NCBI GenBank assembly: GCA_964187785.1
Contig: OZ076409.1
Location: 3,970,001 to 4,034,000 of the forward strand
Length of the DNA stretch: 64,000 nucleotides
Reading direction: 5' to 3'
From: Amphiscolops sp. MND2022
Lineage: Eukaryota
Under the pieces are notes generated by a model. It was given only the letters and a program-made list of their open reading frames with translations. It did not search any database and was not told where the DNA came from. The position numbers and the translations under genes are program-made. Below, in pieces: positions 1 to 13,109 of the stretch (positions are counted from its first letter, which is position 1; the number at the start of each line of letters is the position of its first letter).

Positions 1-279
1 ATTGACTTTGTATTTACTCTCTGGCTTGTTAATTTGATTTCAGCTATTCAAAGTGTAAGTGAAAACTAAGACGCTAAAGTTTACAACCATCTGATTGGTT
101 GTAATGCACTTTGTGGAATCTAAGACAAAAATTTGCCGGCATCTTGTCGGCATATTTTTGGTCCCAGTTTCCGCAATTTGAAACCGGCTTACGTATTAAC
201 CCACACCCTCGGATTCCGAAAAACGCCGATTTTCGTGGCGTGGATCCCGCAAAATCAGTGCTAATTTGTCAATTTTACA

Positions 280-925
280 CGCTTTAAGACCTGTCTGCAG
301 AATCGGAGGACATACACGCGCAGAAAAGTGTCTGTGGCGATTTAGCTTCCAGATGCAGTGTAATGTAACCCCAAACACTCTGGCTGGGTCTCCTAATTTT
401 AAACTTTGCTGGAACCACTAAGTCATTGGGGACTTAAAATTAGATCCAATTTAGTTGTTATTTTTGTGGCATTTACGTACACATTTTCCGCTTACCCATT
501 CCTTAAAACTGTTCACTAAAACACAATATTCTTCCTTCAACCAATTTTAAATTGATAAATAAAACGCAATAAATTCCTTCAACCAATATTTTTAAGTGTG
601 CACTATCGCGTTTGATAGATTTTCATTTTCAATCTTACATTACACCGATTAATACTATAGAGGTTAGTGCAGTTTTCCTTAATGTCAATATTTTTAATTG
701 GTAAAACCGTTCATTATTTGTTTTGTTGTTAATGTTTAGTTGTGAAAAATTGGTAATTTAGATAGTATGCATTGAAAATATGCTTATTTTAACTGTTTTA
801 TTGGTCCGATAAAATTGGTATTATATTTCATACTTGTAAAACATGGCTAATTTTTGATGATATAGATTGAAAATACGCTTATTTTAATTGTCTGACTGCC
901 CAGGATCGGGATTTCCCACACTACT
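280..925. mobile_element. Right-terminal region of a Polinton/Maverick-type element (the rest lies upstream or is lost)
   Basis: Ends ATCGGGATTTCCCACACTACT (925), nearly identical to the Polinton B end ATCGGGATTTCCCCTACTACT (54039). 650-925 aligns by eye with 38545-38841. 282-433 shares blocks with the Polinton B TIR. Confidence 0.75.
324..433 (-). ncRNA. Candidate Pol III-type structured small RNA, homolog of the Polinton B TIR element
   Basis: Minus strand GTCCCCAATGACTTAGTGGTTCCAGCA...GCCAGAGTGTTTGGGGTT...CTGGAAGCTAAATCG...GACACTTTT: A-box-like motif, pairing of 5' and 3' ends, then T4. Transcription is not shown. Confidence 0.45.
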
Positions 926-2185
926 AATTACGTCGGTGACGCTGTTTCTCAACCGTACGGAGGCAGCTGTTACTGGTATCAAACATTCAAGAAAAGATTT
1001 GTTTTTGTTTTTGAGTTCGAACGCTCTTTTGACACTTGAAAAATGGTAGTAGTTGTTGTAGCGATCACTTAGTGAGAGACTAAAACTGAAGATAATGGAC
1101 AAGTTTGTTTCTCAGTGGGCAATATTCAGCCCATGATAAATATGAAGAATGTCAAAGAATGTTGGTTTTCGCGAAGAAACGCACTCTTAATGACGTATAC
1201 CCTATAGGCGTATTTCACTGATTCAAAACAGTGAATACCTGGATGGAAGTGGCGCAAATATTGGTAGATTCGTTCGGAGCAAAAAGTTGTTTCAAAATAC
1301 TTTCAACATCTCCAAATTAATCACAGAAGAGACCTGTACCTGGACCTCAGAAAGCAACATGTGTCCAAAAAGTGCATCACCCACATGCGTGGAAATTGTG
1401 CTTCCAAAGAAGTGTTTATCAGCTAATTTCCCGAGAGTTTCACCTACAATGTTTTGTTGTACTTGTTATATTAGAGGATAAAAAGAAAACAGGTTTCGGA
1501 ATGAACATTGCCAATACTTGTTTCGAATAAGTTTTCTTTCTAACCACAATTTGTTGAAACACTTTTCAAAATAAAAGAAAAGACATTTGCGAGAGTATTT
1601 GGTGAGGCGTTTTTGACCAATACAACAGTTTTATGGTCGCACTAATTGCTTCATTATTGAAAAGGAACAGAATGCAAACGATGAAATCAAACTCTCAAAA
1701 AAATGGACCAAGATAGTTTTTTTAAAGATCGTAGTAAATAGTAAAGAAAAGACGGAAGAGACGAAGCGCTAATCATCTAAGGGACCTACCTTGATCACTT
1801 ACAACGGCGGAACGGCTGCCCAGGACATCATCGTAAAGGTCTTTCCGGTCCTTTCGTATTAATCCGTGCAAGATTGCAGCAATCAGAAGCATTGACGCTG
1901 AAACCAGAAAATGTCGAATGTTCAAACTTGTGTAAACATAAAACAAAAAGATAGGAAAAAGCGACGACTCATATCAGGTTTCCCAATTGGTTACAAATAC
2001 CTAAAGTTCACTTCAAGAACAATTTATAATTAATTGCAATTAGAAATTCCAAAGTTACACTGATATTTACCATTAAATCTTGGTACTATTTCATAATTTC
2101 TAATATTTACTCATCATTATTCTAATTTTCTCTAACTATCTAATGAATTATTTGGAAAAAAGTTTTATACGGACTTTTTTTTCTG

Positions 2186-2297
2186 ATATGAGTTTTGATT
2201 GATATGAGTTATCGCTTGATATGAGTTGTCGCTTTTTGAAAAGGTGTGAGTTGTCGCCTGATATGAGTTGTCGCTTGATATGAGTTGTCGCCGTACG
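2186..2297 (+). repeat. Short tandem array GATATGAGTTGTCGC(T/C)T, probable subterminal repeats of a MITE
   Basis: About six 15-21 bp units ending ...GTCGCCGTACG; one inverted unit (GCGACGACTCATATC) at 1961. Confidence 0.6.
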
Positions 2298-3859
2298 AGA
2301 TAGATAATATATATTTGACAGACATTTGCTTCAAATTAAAAGATGCTTCGGTTGTGATATTGAATGTTTACGCCTTCAAGGTTCAGGTCTAATTTGTTCC
2401 TGTTTTTGTTACAATTTTGTGTGATTATCGAGATCGATCACTAGCTTCCGTTAAAGATGAAATTACAAACCTGCAAGTGCTCCAAAAACAACAAGAGTGA
2501 TCACGAATCCCTTCGATTGACCCGATTTTGAAAAAATAACCACGCCAGCCATTGCGATCACAACAATTGTAAATGCAATGGAAATCACATGTAGGAAGAA
2601 TGTTGCTAAATATAACTCTAAAACAAAAAGAGAAACATTACTTTCGCGGATTGCTTCTATCCCGTCGGTAGAACTGTAAGTTTCAAAAACTCTTTCTAAA
2701 ATAGCACTCGGGATCAAAGGCCAAGTTTCGAGGATTAGGACTGGAAATTGTTGGCTGCGCTTACGAGATGACCATAATTTTTTGATGAATCAATGTTAAA
2801 GCATGCAAGAAAACGATTTCAAAAGCGAAAAAAAATCTTGTGAACATTTAAATTTATGAAACTTTTTATGGAATTTTTTCAGACAGGTTTTCGTCGAAAT
2901 ATAGCTTCAATAGTTTCATACTCCAGAATGTAACTCACTTTGGTAATTGCGCAACTCGTCTTGGCCCTCGGCACCTTCAACACAAAACGATGATCTATGA
3001 AAAAGATTTACTCGGAGGAGAACCACTCAAGGTGAAAGTTTTCTGGGATGCGCGACTTCCATACTTTTAACGAAGGGTTTTGTGGAAAAATCAAATAACT
3101 ACTTTTGTTAATTCCGTTTCTCATCTCTGTCCGTGGTACCCATGTTGAGTTTTCCTTTCGAATCTGTACAGAGCTGTGAGCATTATTCCCTTCAGGAACT
3201 GTTTAAGATCGTCACACGGAATCATCAGCACAGGTGCAGATCTGCAACGATCTTCACAGATGTTCAACGATTTTATGACCAGATATCCAGTAATTTTTCG
3301 GAGAACTTCTGTAACGTCCACCAACCCGGTGGACCTGTTCCAATTTTTGAAAATTTCAAAAAAGTCATGCTCGACCTAGCAGTACCTGCAGTACCTGAAA
3401 ATAATCAAGATGACGGTAAAGGAAGGAAACACACAACCGCACACCACAGACAGAGAAAAGAAAGACGAATGGAAGAAGAAGACTGCCGGGAAAGAGTACA
3501 GCAGTCACTCATGACATTGTGTCAAAGGAAAACATCGCGTCAGAAGAGTTCACCTAGAAGAATGCAGAAAAACCTGAAAGAAGACTTGTAACTGTTGAAC
3601 CGACTATGTCCAAAGTACGAAATTCGCTGGATTTCGGTCCACAATGTTGTTATTATATATGCTATTATCCCATTTTGTCAGTACATATTTTCAGAGGTAT
3701 AACGACTTTTAAGCTTCCAGGTCCCTGTTTTAGGTCTTACTCTGATAATACATTTTACTTTTTGGACCTCGGAAGGATCTAGGAAGTCGCCGGAATCCTA
3801 GGAACCGTTTTTACAGGCTTGAGGGTGTGTTAGGACTTTGAGGGTGCCGGCATGTTGAG

Positions 3860-3990
3860 TGAGTTGTAGTAAGACTATGGTCTCGTGTCTAAGCAACCGA
3901 GGCACTGACCCAATTATCGGATGTACACTGCTAGTTTGACATTACATTCAAAAGAACCAATATGTGACCTACTTTACCAACTATTTAGCT
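3860..3990 (-). pseudogene. GIY-YIG endonuclease-like remnant (Penelope-like element)
   Basis: Minus strand translates FECNVKLAVYI...QC.GC, resembling the FxCxSxNxVYxIxCxxC motif of Penelope GIY-YIG domains; frameshifted. Confidence 0.35.
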
Positions 3991-4714
3991 GACCAAGTCT
4001 CAGTCAGTCGAAACTCTCCATCATTCAAACTTCTGGAGCAGAAACATTTGCCGCATTCACATTGGTGTTGGTGGATGGTGGTTATTCAGATTTGTTTATA
4101 CAATAGTTTGTCAGTTTCACTGGATTTGTCGAGAAGTGGCTGCTAAACATTGGCAGGCTCATTTGCCATTTTGACACGTCGTTTGGTGCATGAACTTGGC
4201 GGAAGAGATGTGCCGACCGTCTGGGTTGTTATAGGTGTTGATAGAAAGCGGTTGTTGTAACGTTTTAGGAACACTTTTTGCTGGAGTAGTTTTACAAATT
4301 TATGGCTACTTGGAATATACTTGGAATTACTTGGAATTTACTCATGGAAAATTTATTGTGTGTCACCTCTATGTTGTGGAACTTTTTCTGTGTGTCACAG
4401 GTGCAAGCACATTCAGTGTCTATAAGGTCGGAAATATTAAAGTTAACTTTTCTGATGAATTTCAGGTTGTCTTTTGGGTGAGAAAGAGTTTGGAGAATGC
4501 GTGTTTTACGTGAGTCAGATGTAGGTTGAACGTTGCATATAATTGAAGAGTGGTTTTGAAGTTGTCATATGAATTTAGTGCAAAGAAAAAACATAGGCGC
4601 AACTGCCATTGCACGACGGCTCCGAGCAGACGATCTCTTACCAGGAGTGATGGGTTCTACGGACGTGCGCCCAAGGACCCCCAATTGCATGGGGGTACGT
4701 CAAAATACACTTTC

Positions 4715-5233
4715 TTGCAAAAAAAACGTTCTTTCGCAAAACCAAAAAAATTCCGATTTTTATTCGCCATTTTCACAACAACCAATGATCTTAGGATAAT
4801 AAAATTTTCATGAGCTTGGAGAAGACATCTTCTCGCGTCAGTCGGTACTAATTATGAGCCGGTTCGATTCGTTTAAGTAGTAAAGTTGAGCAAAATCTAC
4901 ATTTAGAAAATTTTGTCGCAAAAAACCCCAAAATTTTTCCAATTTTCATTCGCCATTTTCTCAACGCCCAATAATTGTAAAATAATGAAACTTTCACGAC
5001 CTTAAAGAAGACATCCTCAAAATCGGAAAAACCCCTGAAAATTTTCGCAAAAATCATTTTTTCGAAGCCAATATAATCGCCCAGGCGGAAAATTTTCGGA
5101 ACCTTCTTACATGGCCAGAAAGGGCATTCACTAGCGGATCTATTTTATGAAATTTTGAATTGTCTCGGAGAAATAGGCTTGGAGAAAAATAGCCGAAACT
5201 TTTACAAATGCAGAGGGATGTCACGTTTTGGCA
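4715..5233 (+). repeat. Direct copy of the Helentron 5' subterminal region (about 17030-17598)
   Basis: Shared sequence through AATGCAGAGGGATGTCACGTTTTGGC, with a ~65 bp deletion near 5019. Confidence 0.9.
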
Positions 5234-5434
5234 GAAAAAAAACATAGGCGCATATGATCTTTCATTGTATTATGTCAGAGAGCGTTGGCTAGGTCACTTG
5301 TAGGAGACGATGGGATTCACAGTAATCTCTGCGATAGTAGAACCTAGATAAAGCATTAATCGTCTATCGTGAAGAAATAATTTAAAGAAACCACACTCAA
5401 GCTTTGTTTTTCTGGAGGATTATTATTCAACAAA

Positions 5435-6274
5435 TCAGCTGATAGAGACAGAGACTGGGAGATGAAAGCTGAATATTGTTTCCAGAATAGATGAAACAAT
5501 AGAAATTTTCGAATAAATGACGTCCAGATAAGTAAAATGGGTGGTTGTATACCTGTGGGGCTCTAAGTAATACCCATGCTCCACGAAGAAAGAATGTAAA
5601 GGTGGGCAAAGTGCACCGTTTTCGCCAACGTTAACGTTTAATTCTCCTATGACGATGTCTGGATGAAAAAGATTGATGATTTGTGACAGAGATTGTTTCA
5701 AAGGAGCTATTGAAGTGGCACTGGTACGTCTATGAGCGGCAAGGATCTTCGTTTTGAGTCCCATCGCATCGATTGATATTTCAAGGAACTGCAAAGAATG
5801 CAAAATGGAGCTTGAAATATGGAGACAATCACTGGGAAATTCATTAGATATGTATACGCACATTCCTGCACGTGGACGTACAGATGTCGATTGCGGGAAA
5901 TTATAAGGTTGAATAGAGTATCCTTCCAATTTGAAATCATCAATTGAGTCTGCCAAAGTGAGCCAGGTTTCAGCAAAAATTAGGAAACTGCAATTTTGAT
6001 AGTTGACATTATTCACAATTTGTTTGAAATGAGCAGGCAGGGACTGAACATTATGGAAGAGAAACTTGATTTTCCTCTGTACGTTGATGAGAAACTGTAA
6101 ATGGAATTTGAAGCCTTTTTCTTCCAGACGAGTGTTCTCTATCTGCACATCCTCATCAATTTTGAAGTCTTTGACTGTCATTGCGGAAATAAGACTGTTT
6201 CCACGCTCAGTCCTACAACGGGAGAGTCCGACGTAAGCAAGACCATGGACCTTAAGTTTTGAATCGAAACACAA
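5435..6274 (-). pseudogene. RepHel C-terminus: helicase motif VI plus AP-type (EEP) endonuclease
   Basis: AYVGLSR (motif VI), then FHNVQSL, FAETWL, VIGELNV (GDxN), TYLDVIY and SFHLPV (SDH), with several catalytic residues degenerate. Confidence 0.85.
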
Positions 6275-7822
6275 CTGGAGATTATCCGTGGTTACACCCT
6301 AAAAATTGTGGTTTGTGACTCCTTGAGCATGTGTCACCGGAAATTGTTTCATTTCAACAGTGAAACGTTTCCCCAAACGTCCACTAAGACCAACAGGGAA
6401 ATCTCGTGTACACTTGTCAATCGGTGTCCACGATTTATCAACTTTGGAAGGATGTGACGTTCAGTATTTTGTTTTGGCAGATGAACCAGCCGTTGAATCG
6501 TCCAATTTGAGCCACAACAGCTCGACAGATGTACATCCATTAACATGTTTGGTTGAAACCGTTCGGAGGGTTCCAAGAGCTCCATTAATCAACCCATCTT
6601 CCTTGTCACTATTAGTGTTTATCATGTACCGTTGTCCGATAGCCAGGTGTAAAGAAACATTGAGACCTCCTGTCGAGCTGGCATCGTTGTCCGAATTCAA
6701 TTTAGCTTGATCAATTAGGTGTTTTCGACTTTCTTCGAAACAATTTCCTCGTTGCCGAACGTGGACGTCAGCAGAAACTTCATATACAGTGTGACACTTC
6801 TGGAGTTGCTGTTCATTATACTTCAGAGCGTTTTAACGTAAATGACAAGTTATGTGTGTTCCCTCGGGTACTTGCTGTCGAACCAACTTGTTTATCCTGT
6901 CGATGTCGATTAGAGATTGCACACCGCAACGAACGCGATTAAGTAATCGAACCCAATCTAAATCAGTTTGTCTTATAATTTGTGTCAAAGAAAACATTTC
7001 AAAATCCATCCATGCAGACATTATAAAGGGTCCATGTTTGAGACTTTCTTGGCTGATCTGGGCAAAAATTGGGCTATCTTTCATAGGAGGTTTCAATTGG
7101 AATAACTCTCCGAAGAAGATCAATGAAACACCACCAAAGGCTACGTCCAGTTGTTTAACGCATCGTAGCCGTTGATCCATTCGATATAGCGTTCTTGCAT
7201 CAACAAAAGAAGCTTCATCGATCAAAAGAACAGCGAGGTTTTGATGTTTCACGCGATGAGAGTTCAACGTACTTGCCGACAATTCGGAATTAAAGTTATT
7301 ACAGTTAGTACCGAACTTCAATCTCAGGAAAGTGTGAATGGTGGTTCCGCAAACGTTTCTAGCTGCAGTCGCGGTATAAGCAGCCACTGCCACATGAGGA
7401 TTCTCTAAATCATCCCTGAATGCACTCTGAAACAGTCTCAATAAAGCCTGATAAACAGCTTTCAGGGTTACACTCTTACCGGATCCGGCTCCCCCGGATA
7501 AAAAGGACATATTTCTGACGTCTTCTCCAAAAAGTCTTTTTCGCTCTCGACACAACATTCCGTAGAAGAACATTTGTTGTTCTGAATTGAGTTTAGAGAT
7601 CATGTCAAAGTATTCCTCATTGGGAATGGCCGAAGGGATTTTAATTTTTTCCTTGATCAACTCGATATCTACATCGTCATTATCATCATTCGTACTCCGA
7701 GTCAATGCAGTTGAATGTTGGAGTGCTTCTTCATCGTCTAATGGGGCTGTTTTCCTTCCAAACCTTGCTTGTGCAATTTCTGCCAACTCATCGATTCTTT
7801 CATCATTCTCAATTGTTTCCAC
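6275..7822 (-). pseudogene. PIF1-family SF1 helicase of RepHel, frameshifted
   Basis: FLSGGAGSGKS (Walker A), AYTATAA, GTTIH, LLIDEASFV, FGGVSLIFFGELFQLKP, LTQIIRQ, DGLINGALG, THAQGVT. Confidence 0.92.
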
Positions 7823-7937
7823 TGCATTTTCTAACTCTCGCTTCCAATGTTCGTAACGTTTGGCATTCTGTTCAACTATACGAGCAACGTTTTAATAAGC
7901 TCCTTGGTAATGTGAACAATCCATTTTCAACTCAGTT

Positions 7938-9632
7938 TCATTGAAGAAAGGGTAATACAACATTAATCGTTCTCTGTAGTAATTCCCTCAGTTCGCTGAA
8001 TCCGACATAACGAATCACTCGAACTTTCTTCATGTGTTTAACGAACTGACCGTTGAGTAGTTGGTGAATTTGCTTCGACTTTGTTGCTTCGTTCTTCGGA
8101 ATATAACGGAATCTGGCAAACCAATCAGCCAAACAGACCGACTTCAGTACCTCAGGTCGCAGTGAATAACGTTTCAAGTGACTGCAAATGTTACATCTTT
8201 GGACATGTCATCCAATTTCTGTATTTCCTCGAACGGTTTTAAAATCGTAGTGCGATTTTCGAATGCGGACGTAGGTATGAAAACTTTTTGGGTAGTACTG
8301 TAGTGACTCGGTAAATTAGTAACCCGTAGTGCAGCTTCCTGTGCAGAAATTTCAGTTCCTCTTATAAAAGAGCTCGCGAAACTTTTCAGAGAACCTAGTT
8401 GACTGTCGTATGTGCCTTCTTTCATTTCTTTGCTTGCACTTTTGAGCAAGTCACCCATTCCGTTGTTCAGCTTGCTCATATAGCTCGTCACGTATCGAGC
8501 AACATCATAAATATTGATTTTGTTTTGAACGTCCATATTTGATTGCCGTAAAAGCAAAATCAAGTGATTGTATGCATTGATCCTTACTTCTGATGGCATT
8601 CGCTTCAAGAAAATTTGGGGTTGCTTCAACAACGAAGAAATTATTTTCAAGTAATGTTTGTTGCAAACAGTTGCACAGTTGCTGCCCCAATGAAACTGGC
8701 GAATTCATTGAGAAAAAATTCAATCGTCCAATCACAGTGATCTTCTCGGGGCAACTTCGAATCCATGAATGTTTTAAATTGCGAATATTCGGACTTCAAT
8801 TTTTCCGAATCAGGCTCAGAACAATCCAACGGTCAGAAAATCACTGTTTTCTGCATAGGGTAAAATCGAATCCGAAGCGACATTGTTTTCTGTTCCCTTG
8901 GAAACATACATTTTTGTGACGATGGTTCTGACGATACTGAGGTAATCTTTTTTCCTCATCTGTTAAATCTAATCCAGGGATTGGAGGTAGCGTCCGTTGA
9001 CAACTGACATACTTGTCAACAAAATCCACTACTTTTTCATTGGGGTCACTATCAATCACCGGTGAATCTTCCACAGTTTCCACAAAATGCCGACGTAAAG
9101 ATCCTCTCCACTGACATTCTAGTACCCCTGAGTAATCAATAATGAAACCTAGCAGTCCGTTTTTTCTTTTGAGCGCATTGGTAAGAAACCAATGTAGTCG
9201 ATGGTGGAAATGTCGTGCAACTAGAACCGGAAAGTCTTTAATGAGGCTTGATTTTTCGAGAAAACTCAGTTTCAAAAGTTCGTCAGAAGATGGGATCAGG
9301 TGATTTGGATATTTAGCTTTGTAGAGAATTTTACGCAAATCAGGCCATTGAGACTCTGCAGAACTCAGAGTAAAAAACCAAGTTGCTCTTCCGTTTTGTC
9401 TGATTTCCGCCATCAAGTCTTTTTGTAGATAACTATACCATTGGGGCAAAAAACGTTGTGTTTTCAGAATTACATAGCAGCTGTCTGTTTTCATCAATCT
9501 CTTCAAACAATCGTTGTGTTTCATATCTGACGCTGCTAAACTAGTCGTTCGCTTGATTTGCCGGAACGCAATGTTTACTTTAGAATAGACCTGAATAATT
9601 TTCAATTTATCGTATTTGAAAAACAGGGCCAT
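7938..9632 (-). pseudogene. Helitron Rep (HUH endonuclease) domain, fragmented
   Basis: FFTLSSAESQWPDL (motif 1), ECQWRGSLRRH (degenerate ExQxRGxxHxH), QNHRH..C, CRFGF, NMDVQ, YVTSYMSK (YxxxY motif 3), EISAQEA. Confidence 0.9.
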
Positions 9633-10540
9633 CGGTTTCTGGAAACGTCCGAATATGCCCTTTTTGCTTCTGCTTTGGCGATTGTTCCATTTGTAACATG
9701 ATGGTACCGATCCTTTGGTCTGGCCCGGCCACCAAATACAGACGGAAAACTAGCTTCTTCGGCCAAGTCATCAATGAAGATAGAGAGAGGTCGCTGTTTT
9801 TCTCCCGGAGCAATAGGGTGATAAAATTGTGCAGAGTTAACATCCATGAAATCGTCAATCACTGTCTCGAATGAACCAACAGCCTGATCAGACTCGTCAT
9901 TGTTTTCATCTTTTTGATATCTCGGCGAAGGCTCTTCGGCCAAGAAAGAATGTTGAGATGATAGGTGATCTTCGTCCCAGTCTTCATTAAGTGTGGCATT
10001 TAAATCTTGGTAAAGCCTAGATTTGACCAGCAACCTGACTGCAGATTTCACAACCTTGACCCGAACGAACTTGGTGAAGTGTGGGTGTGAATCGCCAAGT
10101 CTTCTCATGAATTGAACCGCTATGAGTTCTTTTTGATGTAGAAAACGAGGAATACGGTTTATGGAATCAAGAAAATCCGACGGAACGTTCACAATACCAC
10201 TACGACAAGCTAACTGACCGCCATTGGGACGAGCCAATATTGACGTGAAGGGGATTCGTAGAGCAACCAATTTTTCTTCTGCAAACTGAAGACTTTCCAG
10301 TAGAGGATCAATAAAACGATAATCAAAACCGTTAAGAACAGATTCAAGTGGACTTTTTGACTGCCTCAGTTGTTTGAGACAAGTGAGACAAATCCATTTT
10401 CAAAACTCTTCTGAGAAAGTAGAGCATTTCGTAATATGTCGTTTTCACTGAGTTTTTCTCGGAATTCATTTCGGACAGTTTGAACTTGATTTCTGTTTCT
10501 AGATTGGAGGCAACATGAACAAATGAAAGTGAGACAGTTA
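9602..10540 (-). pseudogene. Helitron N-terminal Cys-rich / DUF6570-like region
   Basis: VALRIPFTSIL..GQ...GIVNVP and EEASFPSVF motifs typical of the region upstream of Rep; Cys cluster near 10520. Confidence 0.7.
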
Positions 10541-10585
10541 TCGTCTATCTAATTAAACCACGATTGACGAAGGTGAATATTTTGC

Positions 10586-11563
10586 TCACCTGTCGCGACC
10601 TCGGTACCACACCAGCATTTCCGTTTTGGCGAAAAGAAACAACAAACTTCCATCAGCTTTACGCTTGCGGGCAATCTGCAAATTACGCAGCCGTTTCAGT
10701 GGATTAAGGAGTCTTTTTTTGACATTCGCAAGATTTTTGCATTTCGACACCGGATCAAGCAAATGTTTTCTTGCATTGTCAAGATTGTTTTTTTTCTTAT
10801 CTGGATCGAGTAAACGTTTCTTGACATTCTCGAGGTTTTGGAGTTTCAATGTGGGATCTAATAATCGGTTTCTGGATCGATTCTAATGTTTTTCGTGATG
10901 CTCGGGATCCTCCCTGTATCTTCGAGAATGAGGCACACAATTGCCTGTGTTTACATTGGGAAGCCAATTGCGAAGAGTTGCCTGCAACTGCGTTGGAAGC
11001 GAATGGATCTCGGAATCATCTCCAGACAACATATTAGAGGCATCAACTTCATTGATACCATTGGCAAGTAGCTGTTTTAGCAGTCTCGATTTCTGCTTCC
11101 TCTTAGCTGCTGTCATTGGTGGTTTTAAAGTCTTGCCATCAGTTAAAACTTCTTGAGTTTTCAAAGAAGTGGTCGGAGTACGTATGAATTGTGATTCACA
11201 CCAAGGTTGTCTTTTTTCTAGAATGCAATTCGAACTGCCTTGGGAAGATCTGACGGTGGCACTATCTGCGTTCATTATATGTTGACTAGACTGAACAGCG
11301 AATATTTCAGTCGCATTTCTTGATGGGTCATTCGCCGATGTCTGCACGGTGACAGCTTGGGCTTCAACAAGACAAGTTTGGCAGATGAAGTTATTGACTT
11401 TGGACAACTTCTTAGGCAACACTCCGCAGCAGTTGTCTCGTACACGTATAAGACACCAGTAACCAGTAACAGCAAACGTTACATTTAATTGAAGGAAAAG
11501 AGGAAAGGAGTCTTTTTTGCACACAGAGCAAAAGTATTGCTTGGAGATGGGACATGCGCTCAT
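10586..11563 (-). pseudogene. RepHel N-terminus: PHD-finger-like domain and 17-aa basic tandem repeats
   Basis: CSVC...W...C....FICQTC (PHD-like, locally frameshifted); repeats of the NLENVKKRLLDPDKKKN type at 10680-10890. Confidence 0.65.
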
Positions 11564-13109
11564 TGAGTCACCGGTTATGCCTTACCGCTCAGGAGAAACT
11601 CTTATTGTCGGTCGACAAACGCCACCTAAAATGTTTCCAATTCCGCGTCTGTGGAATGACTTACGGACTGACGGCGGTAGGTTTCGAAGGTATCAAAGCC
11701 AGATCGAGCAGCTAAATTATAACCAAAGCTAATCAAAATATATCAACCCATAAAGTTCGGTAAAAACGAAGAAATACAGCGAGCCAGGAGAAGAATCATT
11801 TGAAATCTGAAACAGAAACCGGTTGCAGCAGTAGAAAAATTCATACACTCCTTATATTATTACATCCCAAAGAAGCAGTTATCGATAGTTGCCGGAGAAG
11901 TTAGGGCCCAAAATTTCGGGAAGGTGGAAACAGTACTCCAAGTTTCCCATTGTCGGTCGTTTTTCGCAACCTAGGGAAACTCGTAATGTTCTGAAACGAA
12001 ATTGCGTGAACAACGACGATGCTTTGAGATGCTGATACCAATTGAGGAGTAATTTCGTCTACGGGAGGTTGCATTTGGATCTTACGAGGGAAAGTAGTTT
12101 TACCAATGTACCATTCTAGGTTCCCAGTTTGCTACTGAACGAAAAATATTTGTCAAACGTCAAAAATTGTTTGCACTTCAAACAGAAAAGAAAGAGCACG
12201 TTTAAAGTTTTGATTAAAGCATATTCTTGAGGATATGACGAACCACACGTAGGTATCGCCACGTTATAAAGGAAAAACTTATGGAACAGGACTTTAAAAA
12301 ACTAATCGGGGGTATCGGGGCGCAGTGTCAACTGTATATGAAAACTGATTATGGTATTACTTGTTGACGTGATAAATTTGCGACCGAGTAAAAATCAAAT
12401 CATTTCAAAAGGTAAGTTCCCGAATTTGGCAACAGCGATACTTATGCTCAATCGACAGCGGTAGCTTTATGACAAATTACAGACAACAACGTTTTCGTTA
12501 AACTGGAAAACAAAAGCGTGTTGCAAGGTTTAGATCACACAATAGAAAAAACTCATCGGAACGAGTTCGGAAAAGGAAAAGAAAAATTTTGTTTGAGAAA
12601 TTGAAAATTGTTTGAAGCTGAAAGTAAACTTTTTGATAGGCGAAGAGAGAAAAGCAATGTTAAGGAATGACCAGTAAAACTATGTAGGTGAACAAAGTTA
12701 AACTTCAATTTTATGTTGGTTTAGAAAGAATTTCAAGATATCGACGTAATAAACCAAGATACATACTATACTGCAGAGACAAAATGACAATGTAAGTTAA
12801 GATTCGAAAATACATGGAGTTTGAAGTTTGAGAATCACGCCATAAAGCTTTCAAAACTCCAATTACTTCAGAATAACTCCCAACAAACGAGCTGCACAAT
12901 AGTTTGGTAGCCATACACTGTGATATCGAAACTATTGCGCATCATGGTTTCAACAAATAGATTCTTTCGTATAAAGGTTCGCAAAGAAAATTGCTAAATC
13001 AAATCTAAAAGACGAAACTACGTACAACAACGGCAGAAGAAAAGTGAAAACGGCAAACAGTGATGAATAATTGGCGTGAAATGTAGAGTTTGAGGCTCAC
13101 AACAAGAAG

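Noticed and set aside
2463..3591. ORFs 2463-2717 and 3133-3591 as host genes
   Set aside because: No recognisable domain or splice structure; probably decayed TE sequence.
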